From a virus: a stretch of 60,561 nt of DNA. Location of the stretch: positions 1-60,561 of IMG/VR virus record IMGVR_UViG_3300034069_000591; one strand, given 5' to 3'. Below are positions 25,397 to 34,156 of this stretch, piece by piece (position 1 is the stretch's first letter; every line of letters begins with the position of its first letter). The notes beneath the pieces are model-generated. The model did not search any database. It was not told the DNA's origin and was given only the letters and a program-made list of their open reading frames with translations. A program made the translations under genes and the position numbers.

Positions 25397-26917
25397 ATGC
25401 CCGACGACGCAGCGCCCGACGGCGAGGTCGAGCAGGCCGAGCCGCAGCCGACCCCGCTCGGGCTCCTCGAGATTGGCTCCGCCGGCCTCAACATCACCGG
25501 CGGGATGGTGCAGGAGGAGTTCCTGCCCGAGCTCCGCGGAGAGCGCGGCCGACGCGTCTACCAGCAGATGTCCGACAACGACCCCGTCGTCGGCGCGTTC
25601 CTGTTCGGCCTCAACCAGCTCATCGGCGGCCTCCCGTGGGCGTGGGAGGCGCCCGACGAGGCCGACGAGCTCGAGCAGGCCGCCGCCGACTTCGTCGCCG
25701 AGTGCTGGGAGGACATGGAGGATCCGTGGGACGCGATCCTCGAGGACGTCATGAGCTTCGCCACGTTCGGGTGGGCGCTGCTCGAGACGGTCTACAAGAT
25801 CCGGCAGGGCCCCGACGCTGAGGACCCCGCCTACCGGTCCCGGTTCGACGACGACCGGATCGGGTGGCGCCGGTTCGCGCCCCGCGGGCAGTCGACGCTC
25901 CTCCGGTGGGAGCGCGACGAGAACGGCCGCGTGCTCGGCATGGTGCAGTCCGACCCCTACGCGCCGCACTCCCGCGAGGTCTACATCCCCCTCGCCAAGG
26001 CGGCCCTGTTCCGCATCAGCCAGGCCAAGAGCAACCCCGAGGGGCGCTCCCTGCTCCGCACCGCCTACCGGCCGTGGCTGTTCAAGACCCGCCTCGAGGA
26101 GTTCGAGGCCATCGGCATCGAGCGCGACCTCGTCGGCTACCCCGTCGTCACGACCCCGGCCGACTGGCACCTCCCCGAGGCGTCGGCCGCGAACCGCGCC
26201 GCGCTGCTCGGCGCCCGCAACCTCGTCAAGAACATGCGCCGCGGGCAGTCCGAGGGCGCCGTCCTGCCGGCGATGTTCGACGACCGCGGCAACAAGCTGT
26301 TCTCCGTCGAGCTCATCACCTCCGGCGGCACCCGGCAGATCGACGTCGGCGCCGTGATCCAGCGCAAGAGCACCGAAATCGCCATGTCCGTGCTCGCCGA
26401 CTTCCTCATGCTCGGCCACGAGAGCACCGGCACCTACTCCCTCGGCGTCGCCAAGGTCGACCTCTGGACCCTCTCGGTCCAGGCCGTCGCCAAGAGCATC
26501 GCCGAGGTGATGAACCGGACCGTCGTCCCGAAGCTGCTCTACCTCAACGGCTTCGCCCCGACCCGCACCCCCAAGCTCGCGTTCGGCGACATCAGCCGCG
26601 TCGACCTCGCCGCGCTCGGCCCCTTCCTCAAGGTCCTCCTCGACGCGCAGGTCATCACCGCCGACACCGACCTCGAGGCGTGGGCCCGCAAGCTGATCGG
26701 CGCGCCCGGCGCTCCCGCCGACCCGCTGTCCGAGGACGCCCTCGACCCCGTCGCGCAGGTCGTCGCCGCCGGCGGCCGGCCGTCCACCGCGGCCGTCTCC
26801 GACGTGCCCGACCGCCCCACCGCCCCGGTGCCGCCCGCGCCGACCGTCGAGACGCCGACGCCCGTCCCGGTCGCCTCCCCCGGGCCCGCGCCGACCGCCC
26901 CGAAGGTGCAGTCCTGA
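25397..26917 (+). CDS. portal protein
   Basis: 506 aa between the terminase and MuF genes. GAGGGAG SD upstream. Call rests on size and position. Confidence 0.78.
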   Translation: MPDDAAPDGEVEQAEPQPTPLGLLEIGSAGLNITGGMVQEEFLPELRGERGRRVYQQMSDNDPVVGAFLFGLNQLIGGLPWAWEAPDEADELEQAAADFVAECWEDMEDPWDAILEDVMSFATFGWALLETVYKIRQGPDAEDPAYRSRFDDDRIGWRRFAPRGQSTLLRWERDENGRVLGMVQSDPYAPHSREVYIPLAKAALFRISQAKSNPEGRSLLRTAYRPWLFKTRLEEFEAIGIERDLVGYPVVTTPADWHLPEASAANRAALLGARNLVKNMRRGQSEGAVLPAMFDDRGNKLFSVELITSGGTRQIDVGAVIQRKSTEIAMSVLADFLMLGHESTGTYSLGVAKVDLWTLSVQAVAKSIAEVMNRTVVPKLLYLNGFAPTRTPKLAFGDISRVDLAALGPFLKVLLDAQVITADTDLEAWARKLIGAPGAPADPLSEDALDPVAQVVAAGGRPSTAAVSDVPDRPTAPVPPAPTVETPTPVPVASPGPAPTAPKVQS

Positions 26918-26918
26918 C

Positions 26919-27995
26919 GTGCCGATGATCGTCGCGAAGGCCGCCCGGCCGCGGAAGGCGACGCACGACGTCATCGCCCCCACGTTCGGCGAGCCCTCGA
27001 CCGACGTCTACCGGAACATGGCGTCGATTGGCAACCGCCTCGTCGAGGGCTGGACCGCCCTCGCCGCGCCGCTGACCGGCGACAAGCTCCGCGACGCGAT
27101 CGAGGCCGGCGACGTCGACGCGATCGTCGCGGGCCTCGACTGGGAGGCGTTCACCCTCGCCGCGAACGACACCGTCACCCCCGTCCGCCACACCCTCACG
27201 TCGTTCGCACGCCTCGAGCTGACCCCCGACAGCAAGCGCCGCCCGATCCGCAAGGCCCGATCCGCGACCGTCGAGGTCCCGCTCCCCCCGCCGCTGCTCG
27301 ACGAGGAGACGCCGCTCGACGCGAAGCTCCGCCGGCGCCTGTTCGCCGACGTCGACCAGCGCGCCCTCGACTTCGCGTCCGTGTCCGCCGGCCGCCTCAT
27401 CACCTCCGTGCAGGAGTCCACCAAGCAGGCCGTCCGCGAGCAGGTCGTCGAGGCGCTCAAGGGCGCGATGACCACCGACCAGCTCGCCCGCCGACTCCGC
27501 GCCGTCGTGCCCCTCTCGCCCGTGCAGGCCGGGTCCGTCGCGAAGATCCACGCCGCCGCGATCCGTGACGTCCTCGAGGCCGCCGAGAAGGCCGGCCGCG
27601 CCCCGACCGCGTCCGCCCTCGCCGGCGCCGACAAGATCGCCGAGCGCGCCGCGGCGAAGAAGCTCCGCTACCGGGCGTCCCTGATCGCGCGCACCGAGGT
27701 CGTCGCGGCGAGCAACCAGGGCCGCAACCTCGCGTGGCAGTCGACCGTCGCCGCGGGCGTCTCCGCGAAGAACAGCGTCAAGGAGTGGATCGCCGCCCCC
27801 GACGCGTGCGACGTGTGCGCGGCGATCGACGGCGAGCAGGTCCCCTGGGATCAGCCGTTCTCGACCGGCGACGACATGCCCCCCGATCACCCCGCGTGCC
27901 GCTGCTCCGCCGTGCTGCTCCCGCCCGACATGGCGAACGAGCCCGAGGACCCGATCTACGCGACCGACGACCTCCTCATCGGCGCCGGCGCGTAG
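26919..27995 (+). CDS. MuF/SPP1-gp7-like head morphogenesis protein
   Basis: KEWIAAPDACDVCAAIDGEQVPWDQPF...DHPACRCSAVLLP is typical of the Phage_Mu_F family. Confidence 0.8.
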   Translation: MPMIVAKAARPRKATHDVIAPTFGEPSTDVYRNMASIGNRLVEGWTALAAPLTGDKLRDAIEAGDVDAIVAGLDWEAFTLAANDTVTPVRHTLTSFARLELTPDSKRRPIRKARSATVEVPLPPPLLDEETPLDAKLRRRLFADVDQRALDFASVSAGRLITSVQESTKQAVREQVVEALKGAMTTDQLARRLRAVVPLSPVQAGSVAKIHAAAIRDVLEAAEKAGRAPTASALAGADKIAERAAAKKLRYRASLIARTEVVAASNQGRNLAWQSTVAAGVSAKNSVKEWIAAPDACDVCAAIDGEQVPWDQPFSTGDDMPPDHPACRCSAVLLPPDMANEPEDPIYATDDLLIGAGA

Positions 27996-28035
27996 CCTCC
28001 GCGCGTCGCGCGTGGACGGCCGTACTCCCGCGCGC

Positions 28036-28047
28036 CACAATGCACGC
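28036..28047 (+). promoter_or_regulatory. leaderless-type promoter (CACAAT, weak)
   Basis: Ends 7 nt before ATG 28048. The upstream CGTACTCCC resembles the sequence at 59399. Confidence 0.35.
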
Positions 28048-29232
28048 ATGACGCAGATCCGGCAGACCGTCGACCTCGACACCGCCCGCGACCTCGCGGA
28101 GCGCGGCCTCATCGGCGACGGCTTCGAGAAGTCCCTCGCCGAGCTCGGCGCCATGAACTACGCGCAGGTCGACGTCGTGATCGACTACGGCCCGAACGGG
28201 ACCAGCACCGTCGGGATCGCTCCCGTCAACGGCATCATGGTCGGATTCTTCCTCCCCTCGTGGGTCGGCGAGCAGGTCGCGCTCCCCGGCGGCGAGCAGG
28301 TCAACGGCCTGCACATCACGCTCGCCTACCTCGGCGAGCTCGACGCGCTGAACGTGAACCAGCAGCGCACCCTCATCGGCGTGTGCGCCGAGCTCGCCCG
28401 CGACTCGCACGCGCTCCGCGGCGTCCTCCGCGGCATCAACACCTTCCCCGCCGAGGAGGGCGGCGACGGCGCCGGCTACACCTCGGACTCGATCCCGCTC
28501 TACGCCGGCGTCGACGTGCCCGGCCTGTTCGAGCTCCGCGGCGCGCTGCTCCGCGCGCTCGACGACGCCAAGATCCCGTACGACAAGACGCACCCGAACT
28601 ACGTCCCCCACGTCACCCTCGCCTACGTCGACCCCGAGGCCGCCGACGAGGACGCCCTCACCGCGTTCCAGCTCGAGCCCGTCGACGTCACGCTCCGCGA
28701 ACTCACCGTCGCGATCGGCGGCGCGCACTTCACCTCGACGCTGTTCGGCGAGGTGTGGGACGACTACGGCGTCGCGCCCGAGTACCAGCGCACCGGCCCG
28801 TCCGCGTACCGGCCGACGATCGCCGTCGCCAAGGCCCTCACCCTCGAGGAGGAGCGCCGCTTCACCCTCGCCCCGATGTACCTCCCCGACACCCTCGACG
28901 GGCACGGCGAGTGGGTCGACGGCCTCGACCTCGAGCAGTCGTTCCACGACTTCATGGCCGACTTCGCCCACGAGGGGATCCGCCTCCAGCACGAGCCGGC
29001 CGTCGTCGCCGGCAAGGTCGTCGAGGGCTACATCCTTCGCGAGCCGCTCGAGGTCGAGGTCCCCGTCCCCGGGAACGAGACGGTCATGGAGAAGCACCTC
29101 TACCCCGCGGGCACGCCGATGATCGGCACCCGGTGGGAGCCGTGGGCCTGGCCCCTCGTGAAGGACGGCACGATCCGCGGCTACTCGATGGGCGGCACCG
29201 CGACGCCCGTCGACGAGTCCATCGGTGCCTGA
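28048..29232 (+). CDS. 2H phosphoesterase (LigT-like) fused to an XkdF-like putative prohead protease domain
   Basis: Two HxTx motifs: LH89ITLAYLGE (28312) and PH188VTLAY (28609). The C-terminal half (RFTLAPMYLPDTLDGHGEWV...FHDFM...GYSMGG) resembles the XkdF/S78_2 family. Confidence 0.65.
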   Translation: MTQIRQTVDLDTARDLAERGLIGDGFEKSLAELGAMNYAQVDVVIDYGPNGTSTVGIAPVNGIMVGFFLPSWVGEQVALPGGEQVNGLHITLAYLGELDALNVNQQRTLIGVCAELARDSHALRGVLRGINTFPAEEGGDGAGYTSDSIPLYAGVDVPGLFELRGALLRALDDAKIPYDKTHPNYVPHVTLAYVDPEAADEDALTAFQLEPVDVTLRELTVAIGGAHFTSTLFGEVWDDYGVAPEYQRTGPSAYRPTIAVAKALTLEEERRFTLAPMYLPDTLDGHGEWVDGLDLEQSFHDFMADFAHEGIRLQHEPAVVAGKVVEGYILREPLEVEVPVPGNETVMEKHLYPAGTPMIGTRWEPWAWPLVKDGTIRGYSMGGTATPVDESIGA

Positions 29233-29422
29233 GACGGCCCAGCGCGCGCCCGGCTACGTCTCGCCGTACACCCGCCCGCGCTGCCCCGCGCTCTACACCG
29301 GCGTGATGCACCCGACGATGCTCCGATGCGACCGCATCGAGCACCCGAAGGACCGCCGCCACGAGGCCGTCCTCCCGCCGCTCGAGGGCCGCGAGGAACC
29401 CCGTACCGTCTCGTGGGTCTGA
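29225..29422 (+). CDS. hypothetical protein (65 aa)
   Basis: Track ORF. Third codon positions are almost all G/C (checked by hand). Confidence 0.45.
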   Translation: MPETAQRAPGYVSPYTRPRCPALYTGVMHPTMLRCDRIEHPKDRRHEAVLPPLEGREEPRTVSWV

Positions 29423-29543
29423 GGCCCTACGATCAGCACCGCTGGGGCGCGGCGGAATGGGTAGCCGACGCGTGACGCCCGAGCGGGCGGGCACCTTGGG
29501 CGGTGCTGGGGCGCTCGTCTCGGGCTCCCGGCCTCTCGCGTAT

Positions 29544-29556
29544 TACGCTGCTCCGG
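29544..29556 (+). promoter_or_regulatory. leaderless-type promoter (GCGTATTACGCT)
   Basis: TACGCT ends 8 nt before GTG 29557. Confidence 0.5.
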
Positions 29557-29877
29557 GTGAACACCACCCTCAGCAACGTCGCCGAGAGGCTCGCCCGCCT
29601 CGCCGAGCTCGTCGACGCACTCCCGCAGGACGTCGTCGGATGGGTCCAGACCATCGGCGACCATCAGGCCGCAGTCCACGTCGACCGCGACGGCGACTCC
29701 CCGATCGACCCCGACGAGGCGTTCGACCGCGTCGTCCGCGCGTTCCACGACCTGCACGTCGGCGGTGACGAGCACCGCGACGGCGATCCGGGCTACACGC
29801 CGGGGTTCCGGACGTGGGTCGCGGGCGCGTCCGTGCACGGCTGGTCCCTGTCCGTGGTCGTACGCTCCCGCGCATGA
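29557..29877 (+). CDS. hypothetical protein (106 aa)
   Basis: GTG lies 8 nt after TACGCT. Internal start within track ORF 29503..29877. Confidence 0.5.
   Translation: MNTTLSNVAERLARLAELVDALPQDVVGWVQTIGDHQAAVHVDRDGDSPIDPDEAFDRVVRAFHDLHVGGDEHRDGDPGYTPGFRTWVAGASVHGWSLSVVVRSRA
29861..29873 (+). promoter_or_regulatory. internal leaderless-type promoter (TACGCTCCCG)
   Basis: Ends 8 nt before ATG 29874. Confidence 0.35.
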
Positions 29878-30122
29878 TGGATTCAGCAGAGGCCCGCCGC
29901 AAGCTCGAGTGGGCCGAGACGGTCGCCGAGGGCGGCACGGTCCGAGACACGGTCCGCGTGCAGGCGCTCGTCGAGGTCGGCGAGCAGATCCGCGCCTCCA
30001 ACCTCATCGCCCTCGCCGCGCGCGCGGAGGACCAGGAGCGCGACGAGCTGCTCGACGAGGCCCGCGCGATCGTCCTCGGGACGACCCCCGTCCCCGACAC
30101 CGAGCCGCCCGCCTCGGAGTAG
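29874..30122 (+). CDS. hypothetical helical protein (82 aa)
   Basis: ATGA overlap. ATG lies 8 nt after TACGCT. Confidence 0.5.
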   Translation: MMDSAEARRKLEWAETVAEGGTVRDTVRVQALVEVGEQIRASNLIALAARAEDQERDELLDEARAIVLGTTPVPDTEPPASE

Positions 30123-30130
30123 CGCGACGG

Positions 30131-30155
30131 CCCCCGGCTGACCGCTCGCCGGGGG
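30131..30155 (+). terminator. 8-bp hairpin CCCCCGGC/GCCGGGGG
   Basis: 9 nt after the stop at 30122 and before the TACCCT promoter. Confidence 0.45.
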
Positions 30156-30178
30156 TCGCCGTCGCGCGGCGCGCACCG

Positions 30179-30190
30179 TACCCTCGCCCC
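30179..30190 (+). promoter_or_regulatory. leaderless-type promoter (GTACCCTCGCCCC)
   Basis: Ends 7 nt before GTG 30191. Same 13-mer as at 46467. Confidence 0.5.
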
Positions 30191-30568
30191 GTGCGCGCCT
30201 CCTGGATCCTCGTCGGCGTGTCCGCGTTCGTCGGCGCCGCGATCGCCGGCCTCCCGCCCGTCCGCGATGGGTTCGATCACGCCTACGAGCGCGCCCGCGC
30301 GGCGCAGCGTCGCCCCCGCTGGCCCGACGTCGTGCGCGGCGTCCGATGGTTCGAGGACGACCGCCGCCTCGCCGCCCGCCTCGACCCCGCCGGCGTCGAG
30401 CGCGTCGTCCGCGCCCGCGTGCTGAGCCTCCGCCCGCGCGAGAAGCGCGTCTACTCCGAGGCCGCCCGCCGAGACGCCCGCCGAGCGCTCCGCCGGCCGC
30501 CCGCCACCGTGACCCCCGGCCCGTGGCCACACACCGGACCGATCGAGCTCCCCATCCCGCGCCACTGA
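30191..30568 (+). CDS. membrane-anchored Arg-rich protein (125 aa)
   Basis: GTG lies 7 nt after TACCCT. N-terminal TM WILVGVSAFVGAAIAGL. Confidence 0.5.
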   Translation: MRASWILVGVSAFVGAAIAGLPPVRDGFDHAYERARAAQRRPRWPDVVRGVRWFEDDRRLAARLDPAGVERVVRARVLSLRPREKRVYSEAARRDARRALRRPPATVTPGPWPHTGPIELPIPRH

Positions 30569-30574
30569 ATCGCA

Positions 30575-30601
30575 CCGGCGTGTCGCCGCGTGGCACGCCG
30601 G
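30575..30601 (+). terminator. 8-bp hairpin CCGGCGTG/CACGCCGG
   Basis: Lies after the stop at 30568. Confidence 0.4.
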
Positions 30602-30612
30602 AGCGCCCTCCG

Positions 30613-30647
30613 TACTGTGCAGCCGTACAGACACCGGGAGGTCGGGC
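30613..30647 (+). promoter_or_regulatory. possible leadered promoter (TACTGT) plus GGGAGG SD for the scaffold/capsid operon
   Basis: TANNNT at 30613-30618. SD at 30636-30641. ATG at 30648. Confidence 0.35.
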
Positions 30648-31604
30648 ATGCCGGAGAGCGTGACCAAGCAGCGCAAGCTCGTCGCGCCGCGCATCACCGA
30701 GGTTTCCGGCGTCGACCGACCGGCGCACCTCCGCGACGGTTTCTTCATTCGCAAGAGCGTCGGCACCGAGGGCGCGGACGCGCTGCTCGCCGCGCTCGGA
30801 CGAGGAGCATCCATGCCGAAGACCGTCGAGGCGGCCACCGCGGCGACCCTGCTCAAGTCCCTGACCCCCGAGCAGCGCACCACGCTCGGCGGCGAGGACG
30901 GCGCAGCGGCGCTCGCGAAGGCCCTCACGCCCGAACAGACGACCGAGTTCACCAAGGCGGCCGGCGGCGACCTCGCCCCGATCCTGGACCAGCTCGCGAC
31001 CGTCTGGCAGGCCGTCCGGGACCTCTCCGAGAAGGAGGATCCCGACGTCCCCAGCACCGAGGGCGCGATCGACCCGACGACCGGGCAGCCCGCCGTGCAG
31101 CCGGCCGCGCCGGACGCCGCCGCGGTGCTCGCGTCCCCGGCCCTCGCGAAGGCGCTCGGCGACGACGCCGTCGCGATGCTCAAGAGCCTCGCCGAGCGGG
31201 CGTCCGCCGCCGAGGCGCGAGAGGCGGAGACGATGCAGAAGGCGCTCGACGCGACCGCGGTCACCGAGTTCGAGAAGGCGTACGGCGGGATCGGCGTCGA
31301 CGCCGGCGTCGTCGCTCCGGCGCTCCGCCAGTTCGCGGAGTCGTCCCCCGAGGCCGCGGACGCGATCCGCACCGGCCTCGCGAAGGCGGTCGAGACGACC
31401 AGGGCCAACCGGGCGATCATCGTCAAGGAGCTCGGCACCGTCGCCGCCCCCATGCCCGACTCGCCCTCCGGCCGGGTCGAGAGCATGGCCAAGAGCCTCG
31501 TCGAGTCCGGCGAGCAGAAGACCATCGAGCAGGCGAGGGCGGCCGTGTACTCGGCGCACCCGGACCTCTACGACGCGGCGCGCAACGGCGCCGGGGAGGA
31601 GTAG
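30648..31604 (+). CDS. capsid scaffolding protein
   Basis: 318 aa, Ala/Glu-rich and helical. N-terminal ITEVSGVDRPAHLRDGFFIRK. GGGAGG SD upstream. Lies immediately upstream of the decoration and capsid genes. Confidence 0.6.
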   Translation: MPESVTKQRKLVAPRITEVSGVDRPAHLRDGFFIRKSVGTEGADALLAALGRGASMPKTVEAATAATLLKSLTPEQRTTLGGEDGAAALAKALTPEQTTEFTKAAGGDLAPILDQLATVWQAVRDLSEKEDPDVPSTEGAIDPTTGQPAVQPAAPDAAAVLASPALAKALGDDAVAMLKSLAERASAAEAREAETMQKALDATAVTEFEKAYGGIGVDAGVVAPALRQFAESSPEAADAIRTGLAKAVETTRANRAIIVKELGTVAAPMPDSPSGRVESMAKSLVESGEQKTIEQARAAVYSAHPDLYDAARNGAGEE

Positions 31605-31607
31605 ACC

Positions 31608-31985
31608 ATGGCTTTCGAGTGGGGTCCCCGGCACGCCGAGACCTACCCGGCGGGCGCCGACCTGACCGACAAGCAGTACTTCGTGGGCGTGCGCCAGGCC
31701 GACGGGACGATCGTCCTCGCCGGCGCGGGCCTCGGCGACGGCATCATCGAGTACACGGTCCCGCCGAAGGTGGGCGCCTCGATCGCGCTCGTCGACGACG
31801 GCACGAACAAGGTCCGGCTCGGCGGCACCGTCGCGATCGGCGACCAGCTCATCGCGGGGGCCGACGGCCGCGCGATCAAGCGCGTCGCCCAGACCGGCAA
31901 GGTGTTCGGCGTCGCCCGCGAGGCGGGCGTCGCGGGGCAGATCATCGCGGCGCGCGTCGACTTCGCCGGCGCCCAGAGCTACTGA
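31608..31985 (+). CDS. head decoration protein (DUF2190-like)
   Basis: 125 aa Gly/Ala-rich beta protein between the scaffold and the MCP. GGAGGAG SD upstream. Confidence 0.55.
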   Translation: MAFEWGPRHAETYPAGADLTDKQYFVGVRQADGTIVLAGAGLGDGIIEYTVPPKVGASIALVDDGTNKVRLGGTVAIGDQLIAGADGRAIKRVAQTGKVFGVAREAGVAGQIIAARVDFAGAQSY

Positions 31986-32002
31986 GAAGGGGGAGCTAGG
32001 CC

Positions 32003-32977
32003 ATGCCTCAGCCCAACAACAGGGTCTTCATCGACCAGCCGCTCACCAACCTCTCGGTGGCGTTCGACCAGCAGGACACGCAGTTCATCGCCGACCGGAT
32101 CTTCCCGGTCGTGCCGGTGGACCAGATCAGCGGGCTCTACTGGTCCTACCCCAAGGAGGACTGGCTCCGCGACGAGGCCCAGCGCCGCACGGGCGGGTTC
32201 GAGTCGGCCGGGTCCGGCTTCGGCGTCCAGACGGACACCTACTCGTGCAACGTGTGGGCGTTCCACAAGGACATCGACGACATCACCGCCGCGCAGGCGT
32301 CCTCGGCGCTCGACCTCGACTCCGCCGCCGCGCGGTTCGTCGTCTCCCGCCTCCGCCTCCGCAAGGAGCGGCAGGTCATGTCCGACTTCTTCAAGACGGG
32401 CGTGTGGGGCACCGACTTCACCGGCGTCACCTCGGCGCCGGGCGCGAACCAGTTCGTGCAGTGGTCGAACACCGCGAGCTCGCACCCGATCACGGACATC
32501 AAGGCCGCCGCGCGCCAGATCCTGTCCGTCACCGGGTTCCTGCCGAACACGCTCGTGCTCGGGTACGACGCGTACCTCGCGCTGACGACCCACCCGGACA
32601 TCCTCGACCGGATCAAGTACACCGACTCCGGCGCGATCACCGAGGCGATCATCGCCCGGTACTTCGACGTCGACCGGGTGCTCGTCTCCACGTCGATCGT
32701 GAACACCGCGGCCGAGGGCCTGACCCCCTCGTACGGGTTCAACCTCGGCAAGTCCGCGCTGCTCTGCTACTCGGCCCCCAACCCGGGCCTGATGACGCCG
32801 AGCGCCGGCTACACGTTCTCGTGGACGGGCGTGTCCTACGGCCTCGGCGCGACGATCGGCACGAAGCGCTTCCGCATGGAGGAGCTCGCGGCCGACCGCG
32901 TCGAGTCGCAGATCGCGTTCAGCAACAAGATCGTCGCGCCCGAGCTCGGCGTCTACTTCCAGAACGTGGTCGCCTGA
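32003..32977 (+). CDS. major capsid protein (lambda gpE-like family)
   Basis: 324 aa. The N-terminal FIADRIFPVVPV..YWSYPKEDWLRDEA pattern is typical of Phage_cap_E. Strong SD AAGGGGGAG and a strong hairpin after the stop. Confidence 0.85.
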   Translation: MPQPNNRVFIDQPLTNLSVAFDQQDTQFIADRIFPVVPVDQISGLYWSYPKEDWLRDEAQRRTGGFESAGSGFGVQTDTYSCNVWAFHKDIDDITAAQASSALDLDSAAARFVVSRLRLRKERQVMSDFFKTGVWGTDFTGVTSAPGANQFVQWSNTASSHPITDIKAAARQILSVTGFLPNTLVLGYDAYLALTTHPDILDRIKYTDSGAITEAIIARYFDVDRVLVSTSIVNTAAEGLTPSYGFNLGKSALLCYSAPNPGLMTPSAGYTFSWTGVSYGLGATIGTKRFRMEELAADRVESQIAFSNKIVAPELGVYFQNVVA

Positions 32978-32993
32978 CCCACCAGCACACCAT

Positions 32994-33038
32994 GACGGCC
33001 CCTGGCCCGGCCCCTCGAGGTCGGGTGCGGGGGCCGTC
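32994..33038 (+). terminator. Long hairpin after the major capsid gene (GACGGCCCC/GGGGCCGTC with further internal pairing)
   Basis: 9-bp perfect outer stem, 17 nt after the MCP stop. Confidence 0.55.
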
Positions 33039-33058
33039 GTCATGAGAGGACACGTCCC

Positions 33059-33985
33059 GTGGAGTTCCTGACCGACGCCGGCATCCGCCAGCAAGTGACC
33101 CCGTCCAACCCGCTCCCCGTCGTCGGCGGAGGTGGGGGCGGCGCCGCGTCGCTGCCGGCCGACGTCACCGCCTCGGGCACGCTCGGCGCGCTCAACGCGA
33201 CGGTCCCGATCACCCCGGGCCCGCGCGACACCCTGGTCGCCGCTGTCTCGGGCACGTTCGTCGAGACGATCAGCCTCCAGGGCTCCCTCGACGGCGTCAC
33301 CTGGTTCACCGTCAACGGGCCCGCGACGTGGCTCAACGTCGCGACCGGTGCCTCGGCGACCGCGATCACTGGCGCCGGCCTCTGGCAGGCGACGATCAGC
33401 GCCCTCCCGTACGTCCGCCTCGCTGCGACCTCGTACACCTCGGGCTCCGCCGCGGTCGTGCTCGACGCGACCGACGGCAACGCGATGATCGCCCTCGACG
33501 CGCCGCTCCCCGCCGGCTCGAACGTCATCGGCCTCGTCCGCGTGCAGGACGGCTACGGCGCCGGCACGAGCGTCGTCGTCAAGGCCGCGAACACCGCCCC
33601 GGTGGCCGGCGACACCTCGCAGGTCGTCACGCAGTCCCCGAACTACGTCGCTTCCGCGACCGGGCAGCACATCGCGGTTGCGACCGGCACCCCCGCCGGC
33701 GTCATCAAGGCGTCCGGCGGGTCCCTGTTCGAGCTCGACGTCTCGAACAACAGCGGCGCGACCGTGTACGTCAAGCTGTTCAACAGCGCCTCGGTGCCCG
33801 TCCCGGGCACGACGCCCGCGAGCCAGGTCATCCCCGTCGCGACCGGGCAGGCCGTGGTCGTCGAGTTCGGGCAGTACGGCAAGCGGTTCGCCGCCGGCAT
33901 CGGGTACGCCGTCACCGGCGGCATGGCCGACACCGACACCACCGCGATCGCCGCCGGCGTCAAGCTCGGGCTCACGCTCATCTAG
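33059..33985 (+). CDS. beta-rich structural protein of unknown role (308 aa, two-domain)
   Basis: Track ORF. GAGAGGA SD upstream. G6 run near the N-terminus. Positioned after the MCP. Confidence 0.6.
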   Translation: MEFLTDAGIRQQVTPSNPLPVVGGGGGGAASLPADVTASGTLGALNATVPITPGPRDTLVAAVSGTFVETISLQGSLDGVTWFTVNGPATWLNVATGASATAITGAGLWQATISALPYVRLAATSYTSGSAAVVLDATDGNAMIALDAPLPAGSNVIGLVRVQDGYGAGTSVVVKAANTAPVAGDTSQVVTQSPNYVASATGQHIAVATGTPAGVIKASGGSLFELDVSNNSGATVYVKLFNSASVPVPGTTPASQVIPVATGQAVVVEFGQYGKRFAAGIGYAVTGGMADTDTTAIAAGVKLGLTLI

Positions 33986-33989
33986 CCCG

Positions 33990-34145
33990 ATGGACGTCCT
34001 GCCGGGCATGGTGCCGTGCCCCCGCTTGTGCGCGGGGAGCGTCGATCCGCTGACGCTCCCCGCGCACCTCGCGTGGCACGATGCGCAGGACGCCCGCATC
34101 CTGGCGCTCGAGACGAGGCTCCTCAGCCTCGGCATCCGCATGTGA
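33990..34145 (+). CDS. hypothetical protein (51 aa)
   Basis: ATG 33990. High GC3 checked by hand. Confidence 0.4.
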   Translation: MDVLPGMVPCPRLCAGSVDPLTLPAHLAWHDAQDARILALETRLLSLGIRM

Positions 34146-34156
34146 GAGGAACCCCC

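Noticed and set aside
28012-28047. Upstream GTG 28012 as the start of the 2H::XkdF gene (the track ORF start)
   Set aside because: ATG 28048 sits exactly 7 nt after a CACAAT hexamer, like the other leaderless starts. The extra 12 codons (MDGRTPARHNAR) look non-coding. The start remains uncertain.
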